In this document: positions 20,750 through 30,891 of the stretch, piece by piece | Numbering within the stretch: position 1 is the stretch's first letter | Layout of the letters: each line of letters starts with the position of its first letter | Sequence record: MH791404.1 | Reading direction: 5' to 3' (one strand) | DNA length: 64,000 nt | Made by a program: the position numbers and the translations under genes | Notes under the pieces: generated by a model | Seen by the model: the letters and a program-made list of their open reading frames with translations, nothing else | Told to the model about the DNA's origin: nothing | Databases searched by the model: none

Positions 20750-22246
20750 TTAAGATATTTGGATCCTAGTTGAGCGAGTGGTTACTTGACCATAACTGTT
20801 CTTATAAATGGCGTAGTAGAAAATTGATGTGTCTAGAGTTGGGGTAACTTCTATCTCTAGATTTTTAGAATTACCTACTTCAACACCCCTTGAGGTTTTC
20901 CATTGAACTGTGGAAAATCTATCACAATCCGATTCTATCACGACCGTATCACCAACTTGCGCGTTATATATAACTTGCGGTTGTTTCGTTATTTTAGGCG
21001 CAACCGTACTCCACCAAATTGTATCACCGACGATATCAAGAACCAGTTTTCCATCAGTAGATACCAATTTTCCATTACCCTGATTTGAAATATTAAATAG
21101 ATGACTGTTTCCATCCATGTAAATTTCAAATTGTTCAATGGTGATGTTATTACTATTTAACCCGAATACAGTATTGAGCCCTGTATCAAGACTAAGATAT
21201 GGATCTGTTATTCTTGCGTAGACTTCACCGTTTACATACAACCTTATATTTTGAGCAAATCCGTTAGATACATCAAACCAAACAGATACACCAATACTGT
21301 TATTTCTTGGTAATGGTCTTTTCAATGGTTTGGTGTGATAAACACCATCAGGAGTTTTAACCCAGAATGTGTTAGTTTCTAGATTTATGCCCATACCAGT
21401 AGAAATACCACCAACGTTTTTTGAAGCTATCACTAGTTCTGTAGCGATATCACCAATAACAAGGCCACCAGAAACTTTATGTGTCTTGTTCGCAACCATC
21501 AAAGAACCAGTGGTAGAGAATCCAGCGTCTCTATTTAAAATAATTGCTTCGTTGGTTAAAACGTGGGGGGTTGGTTGATAATCGATCAGGATATTTGTAT
21601 TTGTAACCATAGGTGAATCAAAAGAGAAATCACCATTTGTGTTATATCTAACTCCAACACCAAAGTTAAATTGTATTAGACAGTCTTTCTTTGCGGTGAA
21701 AGTAGAGTATATACGGGTTCTCTCATCACCAATTAATGGATTATTATCAAATTTAGTTTTAAATGTTAGATAATTATCAATGGGGTCACCATTGTCCATG
21801 TATATATCAGCAAGTACACCACTATGAACCAACGTAAGATCGTTGTTTTTAACCATAACGCTTGCGGTATAAGTTTTTCCAGCCTTTAACGAAATACGGG
21901 TTTGGAAGAACATTCGACTATCAATAGTTCTGAATGTATATCCTTTCGTATTTTCATTATCTTGGTTGAAGCTTATAGCAAAAGCGTTATTTCCCGTATT
22001 TGTCGAGTTATTATAAACGGTATAGCATGGTGGAACGTTTCCAATAACAACCCCGTCAGAATAACAAAAAATATCAGTACCATTCAACATTCGACTATTT
22101 GCTAATAGGTTTTCGTCGCCAAGGTCATAAGCTCTATGCCATGCCCCATTAGAAAAAACCCACGGTACGGACCTATGCCAGTTATTTTTATAAATGGATG
22201 GGATGGTGTCATGCACCACCCCATTTTTATACACTTTGTTAGCCAT
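20750..22246 (-). CDS. Putative virion adhesin (lectin/CBM-like beta domains plus C-terminal Ig-like domain)
   Basis: 498 aa directly downstream of wac; beta-rich; C-terminal APKITKQPQ...GDTVVIES...VQWK Ig-like pattern. Confidence 0.55.
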   Translation of the reverse strand: MANKVYKNGVVHDTIPSIYKNNWHRSVPWVFSNGAWHRAYDLGDENLLANSRMLNGTDIFCYSDGVVIGNVPPCYTVYNNSTNTGNNAFAISFNQDNENTKGYTFRTIDSRMFFQTRISLKAGKTYTASVMVKNNDLTLVHSGVLADIYMDNGDPIDNYLTFKTKFDNNPLIGDERTRIYSTFTAKKDCLIQFNFGVGVRYNTNGDFSFDSPMVTNTNILIDYQPTPHVLTNEAIILNRDAGFSTTGSLMVANKTHKVSGGLVIGDIATELVIASKNVGGISTGMGINLETNTFWVKTPDGVYHTKPLKRPLPRNNSIGVSVWFDVSNGFAQNIRLYVNGEVYARITDPYLSLDTGLNTVFGLNSNNITIEQFEIYMDGNSHLFNISNQGNGKLVSTDGKLVLDIVGDTIWWSTVAPKITKQPQVIYNAQVGDTVVIESDCDRFSTVQWKTSRGVEVGNSKNLEIEVTPTLDTSIFYYAIYKNSYGQVTTRSTRIQIS

Positions 22247-22257
22247 CGTAAACCCTT

Positions 22258-25200
22258 TTAGTTGATGAATTCGAAGAACACATCACCTTCTTTAGGACTG
22301 GTCGGTGCGTCTGTAGCAAAATCACCGTAGTAATACGCTCTTGTCCACTGACCATCTTGTCTTACGTACTTGTTTCCGTCTGCTGGTGCTTCGAAACTAT
22401 CCTTTGTGAGGACTTTATCGTTATTGATTGTTACCTCAGATGTGGTAATACGAACCGGTAGATCGGTGTCACCAATTGCGATAAACTTTTCTGTAGAAGG
22501 TTGCGATATACTAATTATGTTCTTATCGACATTATTTACCTGTGTGGTAATACCGAAACTATTATTGGCACCTACTTCTGCAAGCTTGAGGTTAGTTACC
22601 TTACCGTCAAACTTCATGAACGTTCTACTATCACCAATAACCATTAGCTTATCGACACCAACTGTATCCACCTTGGCTACGTTATATCCACCAATGATGA
22701 AATCGCTGGTTTCACCAACAGAAACATCCTTGGTTGGGTCTATACCGTCATGGATTAGAGTCCATTGCCCACCCTTACGAGCGTAGAAATTCGCGTTGTT
22801 TGGTGCGTCATGTGCGTCGGTCCAAACTTTCTTAGCATCAGAACCAACACCAACAAACAGATTCCCAGTAGAATATACATTCACTGGTGTGGTTGTGTCG
22901 CCGATCACTATTTTGGTTTGGGTACTTTCTAAAAGAGAACCATAAGATGTAGAAATTTTACTTTCTAATTTGAAATCGGATACAGTACCACGAAGGTTTA
23001 TTTTCCCTGTAGTTCCACCAATTCGAGTTGTTACGGTTGCAGAATCAACGGTAAATGCAGTAATCGTACCACTATTGGTTTTTGCCATTATAGATACGTT
23101 TTCTGCTAGGGTTATATTTCTTTCGCCTACGGCTTGCCAGAAACCAACACCATCGTCATTTACCCGAGCGTATGCCAATCCGGACTGTGGTGCATCACCA
23201 ATAATACCAGTACCAGAACCACCCTGTTCAACGACCATCCATTGGTTGTTCTTACGAGCGTAAAAACTACCATCTGCGGGTGCATCCATACCTTGGTGCC
23301 AAACCTTAAACCGATCAACCCCAGTACCTTGAATATAAAGGTCCGTTGCAAATACGTTAGTAGTTTCAATATCACCGTATGTCAATATTCCACCAAAGTT
23401 ATTGACCACGTTTAGATGTTTACCCATACCAACATTCATCTTAAACGCTTTGTCTTGGTCCATAATCAATTCGCTGACATTTCCCTTAAATGCGAGGTTT
23501 GTATTAGCAGAACCAATATTTATTGTAGTGTTATCTAATTTAATAACATCTGCGCCTGCATAACCAATTACCGCATTCTGGTTTAGGGTAAATCCATTCT
23601 CTGGGTTAACGTCGGTGATATATTTTTTGTAGTTCCCAATATGCAGAACATCAAATTCACCGGTTGGTGTGTTATACTTGAAAGAATCGATATCCTTACC
23701 AACCATAACTATATTCTTATCACTCTGACCAACTTTTATAGTTTGATCGGTAGAGCCAAGAATAGTTTTCCCATATTTTCTGATATCAGAGGTTGTATCA
23801 AGAGAAATATTTCCGATAATGTCGCCGACTATACGGAGTTTGGTTGTTCCGTTATGACCAAAGGTCGGGATATATTTCCCATCAGAACCAGTAGAATAAG
23901 AAACAAGTGTGGTTCCGTCGATGGCGGTAATCTTATTGTTATCACCAACCACAAAGTTAGTGGTAAACAAATCTCGCCATACCCAGTTAGCACCATCATA
24001 TTCTCGCGACCATACGGCACCAAGCCGAGTTTCTGTTGGGTTAGGGATATATCCAGCACCATTCTTATAATCACGGTACATCTGTTCATACATATCTTTC
24101 GATGCTTGATATGAACCAATTCTACGGTAATCGTCGTCAGCGACGTTTTTTGTCCCTTCTACCTTGATAACCAAACCTGTGTTTGGATTACCTACGGTAT
24201 TTTGTAGATCCTCAATAGAAGTTCTATATTCGACGTTAACAGTAGTTGATATACTCGAAACACGACCATCAAGATCTTCGAAATGTTCTTTCTCTCTCTG
24301 GTCTACTTCTTTAACTTTTCCCTGCAATCCATCTAGAGGACTAGATCCTAGAATACCTTCGTTATTCTCCATACGGACACGTAGATCATTAATTCTACCC
24401 CAAGCGGTGGTATCCAGTGTGGAATCACTAGCCGAACCAAGAGAACGAGCCAAGTCATCAGACAGACCCTCGGTTTGTTTGGCGATACCACTAATATAAT
24501 CTACGTCTTTCTTGACATGTAAAGAATAATCGTATAGATTACCTACGGTTTGATAAGAATCGGTTTGTACATCAAGATACTGGAGAGGGAATTCACCGTA
24601 TCCAGTGTGTTCTACAAGTTCTTGAACCAAAGGTGAATTTGTTTCGTCGGCCATTTCTAAATCGCCGATACGAGAATAAATGTTCCTTGTTGGATCAGGG
24701 TCTTGTCCAAGTTCGGTTCTAATCTGGTTAACTTCTTCCCTCAAAGATGCAGGAGTTGAGTCTTCCCACCATTTTTCAAGAGAAGTAACACGAACATCAA
24801 GGTTGACACCAGTGTTATAGTTACGTTCGATCTGACCTTTCACCCCCGAAGAAAGTGAGCCGGGTGATGGAACACCATCAATATCAAAATCTTTATAATT
24901 ACCCAACATTTTTTTGATATGAAGGTCATCTGCTCGGAGAGTTCGGAATCTAAGAGATGGATCCCCAACTCCGATATTATCTGAAATTGACTGGATTTTT
25001 GCGTCGAGGATTACATCGGTTTCTTTGATTTCTTCAAGGATTCCGCTATGGACATCCATTTCGGTTTCCAAATCACCAACTCGTTGATATAAATCTCGCC
25101 CATCACCAGCATTAATTATATCATCATGAATATTCACCTTGTCGATAACTTCCGACATCTTAGAAAGGATTGTTTCTTGGTTTTTATCCAATATCTCTAC

Positions 25201-25383
25201 GTTAGCAGAAATTTGAGTAGAGGGACGGTTTAAAACGCCCCCTTTATCACCAACAATAGTAGGATCCGCCCCTTGTGGCTGCTCACCATTTTTAATCCAT
25301 TCAACCTGCTTTTGACCAGAACCAGCAACAGGCATATCAGAAGTATATTTCAGGTCATCCAATACAGGTTTAATAATTTCCAT
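22258..25383 (-). CDS. wac: Fibritin (Wac), extended, with multiple foldon-like motifs
   Basis: N-terminus VLDDLKY..EWIKNGE..GAD..GVLNRPSTQISANVEILDKN matches T4 Wac; coiled coil; five foldon-like motifs. Confidence 0.9.
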   Translation of the reverse strand: MEIIKPVLDDLKYTSDMPVAGSGQKQVEWIKNGEQPQGADPTIVGDKGGVLNRPSTQISANVEILDKNQETILSKMSEVIDKVNIHDDIINAGDGRDLYQRVGDLETEMDVHSGILEEIKETDVILDAKIQSISDNIGVGDPSLRFRTLRADDLHIKKMLGNYKDFDIDGVPSPGSLSSGVKGQIERNYNTGVNLDVRVTSLEKWWEDSTPASLREEVNQIRTELGQDPDPTRNIYSRIGDLEMADETNSPLVQELVEHTGYGEFPLQYLDVQTDSYQTVGNLYDYSLHVKKDVDYISGIAKQTEGLSDDLARSLGSASDSTLDTTAWGRINDLRVRMENNEGILGSSPLDGLQGKVKEVDQREKEHFEDLDGRVSSISTTVNVEYRTSIEDLQNTVGNPNTGLVIKVEGTKNVADDDYRRIGSYQASKDMYEQMYRDYKNGAGYIPNPTETRLGAVWSREYDGANWVWRDLFTTNFVVGDNNKITAIDGTTLVSYSTGSDGKYIPTFGHNGTTKLRIVGDIIGNISLDTTSDIRKYGKTILGSTDQTIKVGQSDKNIVMVGKDIDSFKYNTPTGEFDVLHIGNYKKYITDVNPENGFTLNQNAVIGYAGADVIKLDNTTINIGSANTNLAFKGNVSELIMDQDKAFKMNVGMGKHLNVVNNFGGILTYGDIETTNVFATDLYIQGTGVDRFKVWHQGMDAPADGSFYARKNNQWMVVEQGGSGTGIIGDAPQSGLAYARVNDDGVGFWQAVGERNITLAENVSIMAKTNSGTITAFTVDSATVTTRIGGTTGKINLRGTVSDFKLESKISTSYGSLLESTQTKIVIGDTTTPVNVYSTGNLFVGVGSDAKKVWTDAHDAPNNANFYARKGGQWTLIHDGIDPTKDVSVGETSDFIIGGYNVAKVDTVGVDKLMVIGDSRTFMKFDGKVTNLKLAEVGANNSFGITTQVNNVDKNIISISQPSTEKFIAIGDTDLPVRITTSEVTINNDKVLTKDSFEAPADGNKYVRQDGQWTRAYYYGDFATDAPTSPKEGDVFFEFIN

Positions 25384-25417
25384 TAGTTTTTACCCCATTA
25401 GTTTTATATATTAGTAT

Positions 25418-26770
25418 TTAGGTTGTTTGGTATATGTCATTAACACCCCAAACATGCCATATAATACAGTTGTCACCCGTGGTATGGAAATAAGTACCAT
25501 TAGCGTTAAACCTACCAATCCACCAAGTAGAATCGGTGTCTGCAATCCACCAAGCGTTAGCGAAATTATCTTGAAGGATAGAAATTTGAGCCTTCGATAT
25601 ATAGTTAGACTTCATATGTCTACCATCATCACCAGAGGATACAACTATTAACCCATCGTAATTCCACCACGGTTGTGACATATTAAAGTCACCACTTTTA
25701 TGACCACCATATGGAGCAGCATTAAAAATCAATTGTCTATCAGTTCTATTAAGAGTTACTGCACTTCCACGATTAACCTTTCCATTTATTTGGTTTTGTT
25801 TATCCTCGAATGCTCCAACTGCCCAATCATATCTAACAACCGCATTAGGTGAACCATCTTGGGGATTTGTAAGATATATATTTGGGGTAATCAATGCACC
25901 GGTCATTGTTCCCCCAGTTTTTGCAACTAAGGTTGTTGCTCCATGAGAACTTAACGCTTTATTCGTTGCCCCTTGCACAGCAACGTCTGTCAATGCAACA
26001 ATACCCCACTGGGAAGACGATGCAATTGGAAGAGTTGCTGGGCTAATGGCTACGTCAGTTGCAGTACGGGCATTAGACTCGGCTTGAGTTGCCATTTTTA
26101 CTGTACCAACTCTTGATTGAGTTGCACGAGTCTCAATAAAGCCTTTCGGGCTAACTGCTACACCGTTATGTAAAGCCGCATTAATTACTGGGGATGGGGA
26201 AATCTTAACTATCCCAGAGGTCAATTCAGTTGCACCGGAATTTGCAGTAACTGCGAACTTATCTATCATTGCCTTAACAACATCAGGACTTGTTGCAGTA
26301 GTTGAATCAGTCCCTTGTTGTCCAATGGTAATCGTCGATAATTTCAACGTACCGGCTTTTGTGGTAGAACCAATTGCTTTTGTTCTGATGATATCCCATA
26401 TACCAGCCGTATTAATGCCTATAGATGCGCTTGCTGCTGTTTCTAGACGTTCCGCGCTGGTAGCGTACCTAACTAGACCCTTAACCGTTTCTGATGCATC
26501 TGGGCGCACCCATTTGGCTTGTAGGGTCTTGGGAGTAACGATTGCATCAGCCACGGTTCCTGCCAATACTTCCGCTTCCGTCGCAATCCTGAGAATACCC
26601 ATTTTTGTTTCGGTCGCTTTCATATCCTCATACCTTCCAATTGCATGGGGTTGTATGAGTTCAGCCATTTTTTGTACATCATTAGTTGTTGCTGGGAAAT
26701 TAGTGGTGCTAGGGTCTAGCACCACATCAACAGCTTTAGAACTAATATGTTGTTCTGTATTATTAATCAT
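25418..26770 (-). CDS. 12: Short tail fibre gp12
   Basis: MINNTEQHIS..DPSTTNFP..DVQ; repeated ASET.KG.(L/V)R.AT..E motifs. Confidence 0.9.
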   Translation of the reverse strand: MINNTEQHISSKAVDVVLDPSTTNFPATTNDVQKMAELIQPHAIGRYEDMKATETKMGILRIATEAEVLAGTVADAIVTPKTLQAKWVRPDASETVKGLVRYATSAERLETAASASIGINTAGIWDIIRTKAIGSTTKAGTLKLSTITIGQQGTDSTTATSPDVVKAMIDKFAVTANSGATELTSGIVKISPSPVINAALHNGVAVSPKGFIETRATQSRVGTVKMATQAESNARTATDVAISPATLPIASSSQWGIVALTDVAVQGATNKALSSHGATTLVAKTGGTMTGALITPNIYLTNPQDGSPNAVVRYDWAVGAFEDKQNQINGKVNRGSAVTLNRTDRQLIFNAAPYGGHKSGDFNMSQPWWNYDGLIVVSSGDDGRHMKSNYISKAQISILQDNFANAWWIADTDSTWWIGRFNANGTYFHTTGDNCIIWHVWGVNDIYQTT

Positions 26771-26772
26771 TT

Positions 26773-27744
26773 TTAACCAATCCTTTTCCAGTAATAAAGT
26801 GTTGTTACCGTGGTATCAATTGCAACTTTATCTTCTTTGAAAAACATTTCCCAATATCCGTAACCATAAGATGCAGGAGATCCAACAACCCAATCGATGG
26901 TCATCCCATATTCTGACCATGGTTCTGGTGTGTGATCACGAAGGTCTCTATATGTGAAGTTTATAGAATCACTAGAAAGTTTAGTAACATCCCTCACATA
27001 TAAACCATCCACTTCAAATTGTTTAAGTAAATCGAATACTTTATCTCTAACAAATGTCGGACTTACACCATCTGCAACTTCAATTCGAGTACCAAATACA
27101 TCAAGAACAACAGGCATACCAGAAATTGGAGAGGAAATAGCACCAGAAAAGGTTAATGTATCGATTTGTGGTTTTCCGCCGGGGTCCGTATTATCTATAT
27201 TTATAATAACAGAACCTTTATTAAGTCTTCCCACATATGCAGCATCGGAAATTGCGTTTTCAACTGTCTTGAACTTGTTATGACTTCTGGCATCTTGGAT
27301 TGTTAGGTTACCGATACCACCAACAACAGATAACGTCTCTAATGTCGGGTCTCCATTAAATTCGTGGTCTGATGCTTTTCTACTCTTGATCATAGAAGCC
27401 ATTCGACTTCTAGTCATATCTGTGTTTGTTCTACCGTCAAACATAGTCACGGTTACAACAGACGAATCCAAAGAACTTAGTTCCGCGCCTGATGTGGAAT
27501 TGACTTCTTTAACACGACATCTGAAATAACCATGATTATATGATGCGTTTGATGGAAGAACTCTTAGATTATCAGTTGCCGCACTAGCATCAACAACGGC
27601 AGTCCAAGCATTGCTATCTACGGAAGATTCCCAAGAATATCTAAGTTCTGCATCTACGTTGTTTGTACTTGCTAAAATAGAAAGCTGGTATGAACTACCA
27701 GCATAATATGTTAGGCTTCTTGGTTGTTGAAAAATACTTATCAT
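26773..27744 (-). CDS. 11: Baseplate wedge gp11 with N-terminal Ig-like extension
   Basis: C-terminal about 220 aa (PQIDTLTFSG, DVFGTRI, YGMTI, GYGYW, YYWKRI) matches gp11; start at the TAATG overlap with gene 10. Confidence 0.85.
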   Translation of the reverse strand: MISIFQQPRSLTYYAGSSYQLSILASTNNVDAELRYSWESSVDSNAWTAVVDASAATDNLRVLPSNASYNHGYFRCRVKEVNSTSGAELSSLDSSVVTVTMFDGRTNTDMTRSRMASMIKSRKASDHEFNGDPTLETLSVVGGIGNLTIQDARSHNKFKTVENAISDAAYVGRLNKGSVIINIDNTDPGGKPQIDTLTFSGAISSPISGMPVVLDVFGTRIEVADGVSPTFVRDKVFDLLKQFEVDGLYVRDVTKLSSDSINFTYRDLRDHTPEPWSEYGMTIDWVVGSPASYGYGYWEMFFKEDKVAIDTTVTTLYYWKRIG

Positions 27745-29882
27745 TATTCTACCCTTAGCCATCTATGGGCGGTGGTTGTAGGTTGGATCACAGAGAACGG
27801 GTTTACTGTTTCGTTTGGTCTGGTATAGACATAATCCTCTCTGTATTTCTTATAACCCGGACCACTCTCGTCTGGGTCGTATTGACACCCACCAACAAGA
27901 ACATCACCATTCGGATCTGCAATAAGCGCCTTTTCCGTACTTTTTGTTCCGGGGGTATTGTCAACCGCAAGGGTTACGTCGTTTTCACCAAAAATACTAC
28001 CAGCACTGTGTCTTGGTTGTCCGTTAATATCCAAATCTTGGTTATTCAGACCGTATATCGGATCGTTTGGATTCTGACTATTCCACCCAGCAACAACCTT
28101 ACCCTCTGCCCAACGAACCCAAGTACCAATCCCCATATAGGTTGCTGGGTTGTTCGGGTTATGTGCGTTTTCGTAGATAGTACCAACTGGATAAAACATA
28201 TCAAACAGCATTGCAATAGAGTTTGCAGGAACGTTGATCAAATCGTTAGGATCTGGTTGTACTGTCTTTGGGGTTGGATTGAAAGGATCAGAATATCTAA
28301 TTTTCCCGGTCAAAGTAACAGGAACAGTATTGATATACTTTTTGTCTGTCTCTTTGATAATATCGTCAAGTTCAAGCAACGAACCAATATCATTATTAAA
28401 CCAACGAATCGTAATAACGTCTTCATGGTTGAACGGTTCGTTCACCACAATATCACGCATATAACCGTTCTCATCTTCGATAGGTCCAAAATCAACACCA
28501 GTAGGAACCCAAACACCACCATTAGCAATACAAGATTCTTGAGTTAAGCTATCCGCACCCTCACAAGTAAAAAACGGTATATCACCCTGTCCAGATTTAA
28601 CCAATTGACGACCGTTGACAATCATCTCTAGAGTTTTTGGGTTAAAAGTCTCACTTGGTTGGAAGCCAAATTCGGAAAGGTTAAATCTAAATTTAGCAGA
28701 CAGATCCCCAACAAACCGACGCCCTGTTTCAGAAACATAATCTACAGGAACATATTGGTCGGAATAAACCCGAATAGTCGCAGTTTCGTAAGAACTTCTA
28801 TATGTAGCCAAACCGTCTAAGAAAGTTTCGATAACAACAACATCACCAGCTTCGCACGGCTTTTCTAGCTTAATGGTATAACCATCAAGGTCTGTTATTT
28901 TGCTAACACCAACATAATATGAAAATTTTGACGCGATTTTCATTTGAGCTAGAATGTCAGGGGTTTCATTCACAGAAACATATTCGCTGGTCAGCTTATC
29001 GAATTTCATTAGGTATGTTTTATCGTTATAAACACAAACCAAACGGTCTTCGTTAAGTGGTTTCTTATTAAGGTCAAATTTTATGTATGTCTTTTTATCA
29101 GACTCTTTGGAATAAAAGGATACTATAGTATTCCCTTCAACTGTTCCAAATCTAGTTCCCTTACCAACAATAGTACCCCACCTATCGCTATCGATTTGTA
29201 CCGGGTTAATATCAATCTTGGCTGGGTCTGCAACAGTCTTTTGAACAATAGACCCATAGTTTGATTCGGGACCGTATTCCTGACCGTAATAAAGAATGTT
29301 ACCGCGCTTATATACGTTAATCGAGTTTCTGTTATAACCAGACGAGAATATATTTTGAAAATCGGTTTGACCTTCGGTGGCAATAAATTCTTTTTTGGCA
29401 ACAGTTGCTATGTCGTTGGATCTAATTTCACCAACATATTTACTTGGTACATAATCCCAGTTACCGGGAGAGCAATATACAAGCTCAACGTCCATGAAAT
29501 TGTTTTCTAATCTGTGTGTACCAGAAGACCCTTTGATGGTATTAAATCCACCGGGAACAAGAATTACTGGGTTTCCACCCCAAGTTCCCATTACATCACG
29601 AACACGAATAACCTTACCATAATCGGCTGGTGTTCCACTCGGAAGATTGACAGTAATACGACCGGTTGTTGTATTAATTACCCACGCCTGACCCATAATA
29701 GCCGATAGAGTTTTTGTGTGGTCGCTATATGGTTTCCATGCACCAGCAGCATGAGGAATGTTACCATCCCCCAAGTTGTAGTAAAGTTCATTAAAGTTGT
29801 CGTTTGTCTTCTGACCACCTTTTCTAAGGTAATCACCGGTTCCGTCATCAACACGATTACCAATAATAATTTGCTGTTTCAT
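27744..29882 (-). CDS. 10: Baseplate wedge gp10
   Basis: MKQQIIIGNRVDDGTGDYLRKGGQKTN, AGAW, FDMFYPVGTIYENAHNPNNPATYMG, HRWLRVE. Confidence 0.96.
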   Translation of the reverse strand: MKQQIIIGNRVDDGTGDYLRKGGQKTNDNFNELYYNLGDGNIPHAAGAWKPYSDHTKTLSAIMGQAWVINTTTGRITVNLPSGTPADYGKVIRVRDVMGTWGGNPVILVPGGFNTIKGSSGTHRLENNFMDVELVYCSPGNWDYVPSKYVGEIRSNDIATVAKKEFIATEGQTDFQNIFSSGYNRNSINVYKRGNILYYGQEYGPESNYGSIVQKTVADPAKIDINPVQIDSDRWGTIVGKGTRFGTVEGNTIVSFYSKESDKKTYIKFDLNKKPLNEDRLVCVYNDKTYLMKFDKLTSEYVSVNETPDILAQMKIASKFSYYVGVSKITDLDGYTIKLEKPCEAGDVVVIETFLDGLATYRSSYETATIRVYSDQYVPVDYVSETGRRFVGDLSAKFRFNLSEFGFQPSETFNPKTLEMIVNGRQLVKSGQGDIPFFTCEGADSLTQESCIANGGVWVPTGVDFGPIEDENGYMRDIVVNEPFNHEDVITIRWFNNDIGSLLELDDIIKETDKKYINTVPVTLTGKIRYSDPFNPTPKTVQPDPNDLINVPANSIAMLFDMFYPVGTIYENAHNPNNPATYMGIGTWVRWAEGKVVAGWNSQNPNDPIYGLNNQDLDINGQPRHSAGSIFGENDVTLAVDNTPGTKSTEKALIADPNGDVLVGGCQYDPDESGPGYKKYREDYVYTRPNETVNPFSVIQPTTTAHRWLRVE

Positions 29883-29884
29883 TT

Positions 29885-30811
29885 TTATGCCCCAATTGCA
29901 TCGATAGATTTTATATATACGTCTATCGTTGACTGACTAATGTTTTTTATGGTCAGTAAAACAGAATTACCTGTGATGCTATAAGAAGCTTCAAATAAAA
30001 GGTTTTCTTCCGCTTTATCTGGTGTTTTGGTTCGCAGTCTAGCGTATTCAGTAGAATAAACTTTTGTATCTGCGGTACTGGTATTATTTACCATCAGTAA
30101 AGTTTCGCATGATTCTTGAAGGGCACCAACGCCACGTTGAGTAACAAAGATCATGTGTTTAACCGCGTTGAATTGTGGCTTACTAAACAAAACCACGTTT
30201 CGGTCAGCACCAACCGCGATCCCAGTAATAGTGGCGCTATATGAAGTTGCAGAGTCACCATAAATCGATTCAAGCTTATAATTCCATTTCGAACCTGCTG
30301 GACTTGCTTCTGCTACCCATAGGGTTAATTTGAAATTGGAACGGTTTACAACCAATCTATTCCCACTAGCCCCGATGGTATCACCAGAACCACTAGTCCG
30401 AATAATCACTTCTTTACCAGCACCAAACCCCACAGAACCGTCTGTATTGACGAATTCTACACATTCCCCACCATGACCACTACCTTGAGGGAGAGTTATA
30501 GTAAGGTCTCCTGTACCGTCTCTGATAACAGATAGGTCGTGCATAGAACCAAATTCTACTGGGTTGCCAGACGGCTGTTCTGCCCCTGCATAGTATGCCC
30601 GAGTGTGTTTTTGATAATATCCAGTACCATGGAGGGTCTGAACGCGATTACCAAAACCAGAAGTCTTACCAATTCTGTAGTCCCCGAACACGTTCCAAAT
30701 ACTGTTTATATCTTGGTTTAATTTTAAGCCGCCGTCATGAAGGGTATCACCGGTTCCTTCTTGACCACGGACGCCAGTATCAACTAGCTCTTTAGGCTTT
30801 TGTACAGACAT
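29885..30811 (-). CDS. 9: Baseplate wedge / tail fibre connector gp9
   Basis: PKELVDTG...TGDTLHDGGLKLN, LHGTGYYQKH. Confidence 0.94.
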   Translation of the reverse strand: MSVQKPKELVDTGVRGQEGTGDTLHDGGLKLNQDINSIWNVFGDYRIGKTSGFGNRVQTLHGTGYYQKHTRAYYAGAEQPSGNPVEFGSMHDLSVIRDGTGDLTITLPQGSGHGGECVEFVNTDGSVGFGAGKEVIIRTSGSGDTIGASGNRLVVNRSNFKLTLWVAEASPAGSKWNYKLESIYGDSATSYSATITGIAVGADRNVVLFSKPQFNAVKHMIFVTQRGVGALQESCETLLMVNNTSTADTKVYSTEYARLRTKTPDKAEENLLFEASYSITGNSVLLTIKNISQSTIDVYIKSIDAIGA

Positions 30812-30863
30812 TATTTTATATCCTTTATTTTATAGGGTTCACCCTTGTATTTAGGAGAAAATA

Positions 30864-30891
30864 AAAAACCCGACCTAATGGTCGGGTTTTT
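30864..30891 (-). terminator. Terminator after gene 8
   Basis: AAAAAACCCGACC-TAAT-GGTCGGGTTTTTT. Confidence 0.8.
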
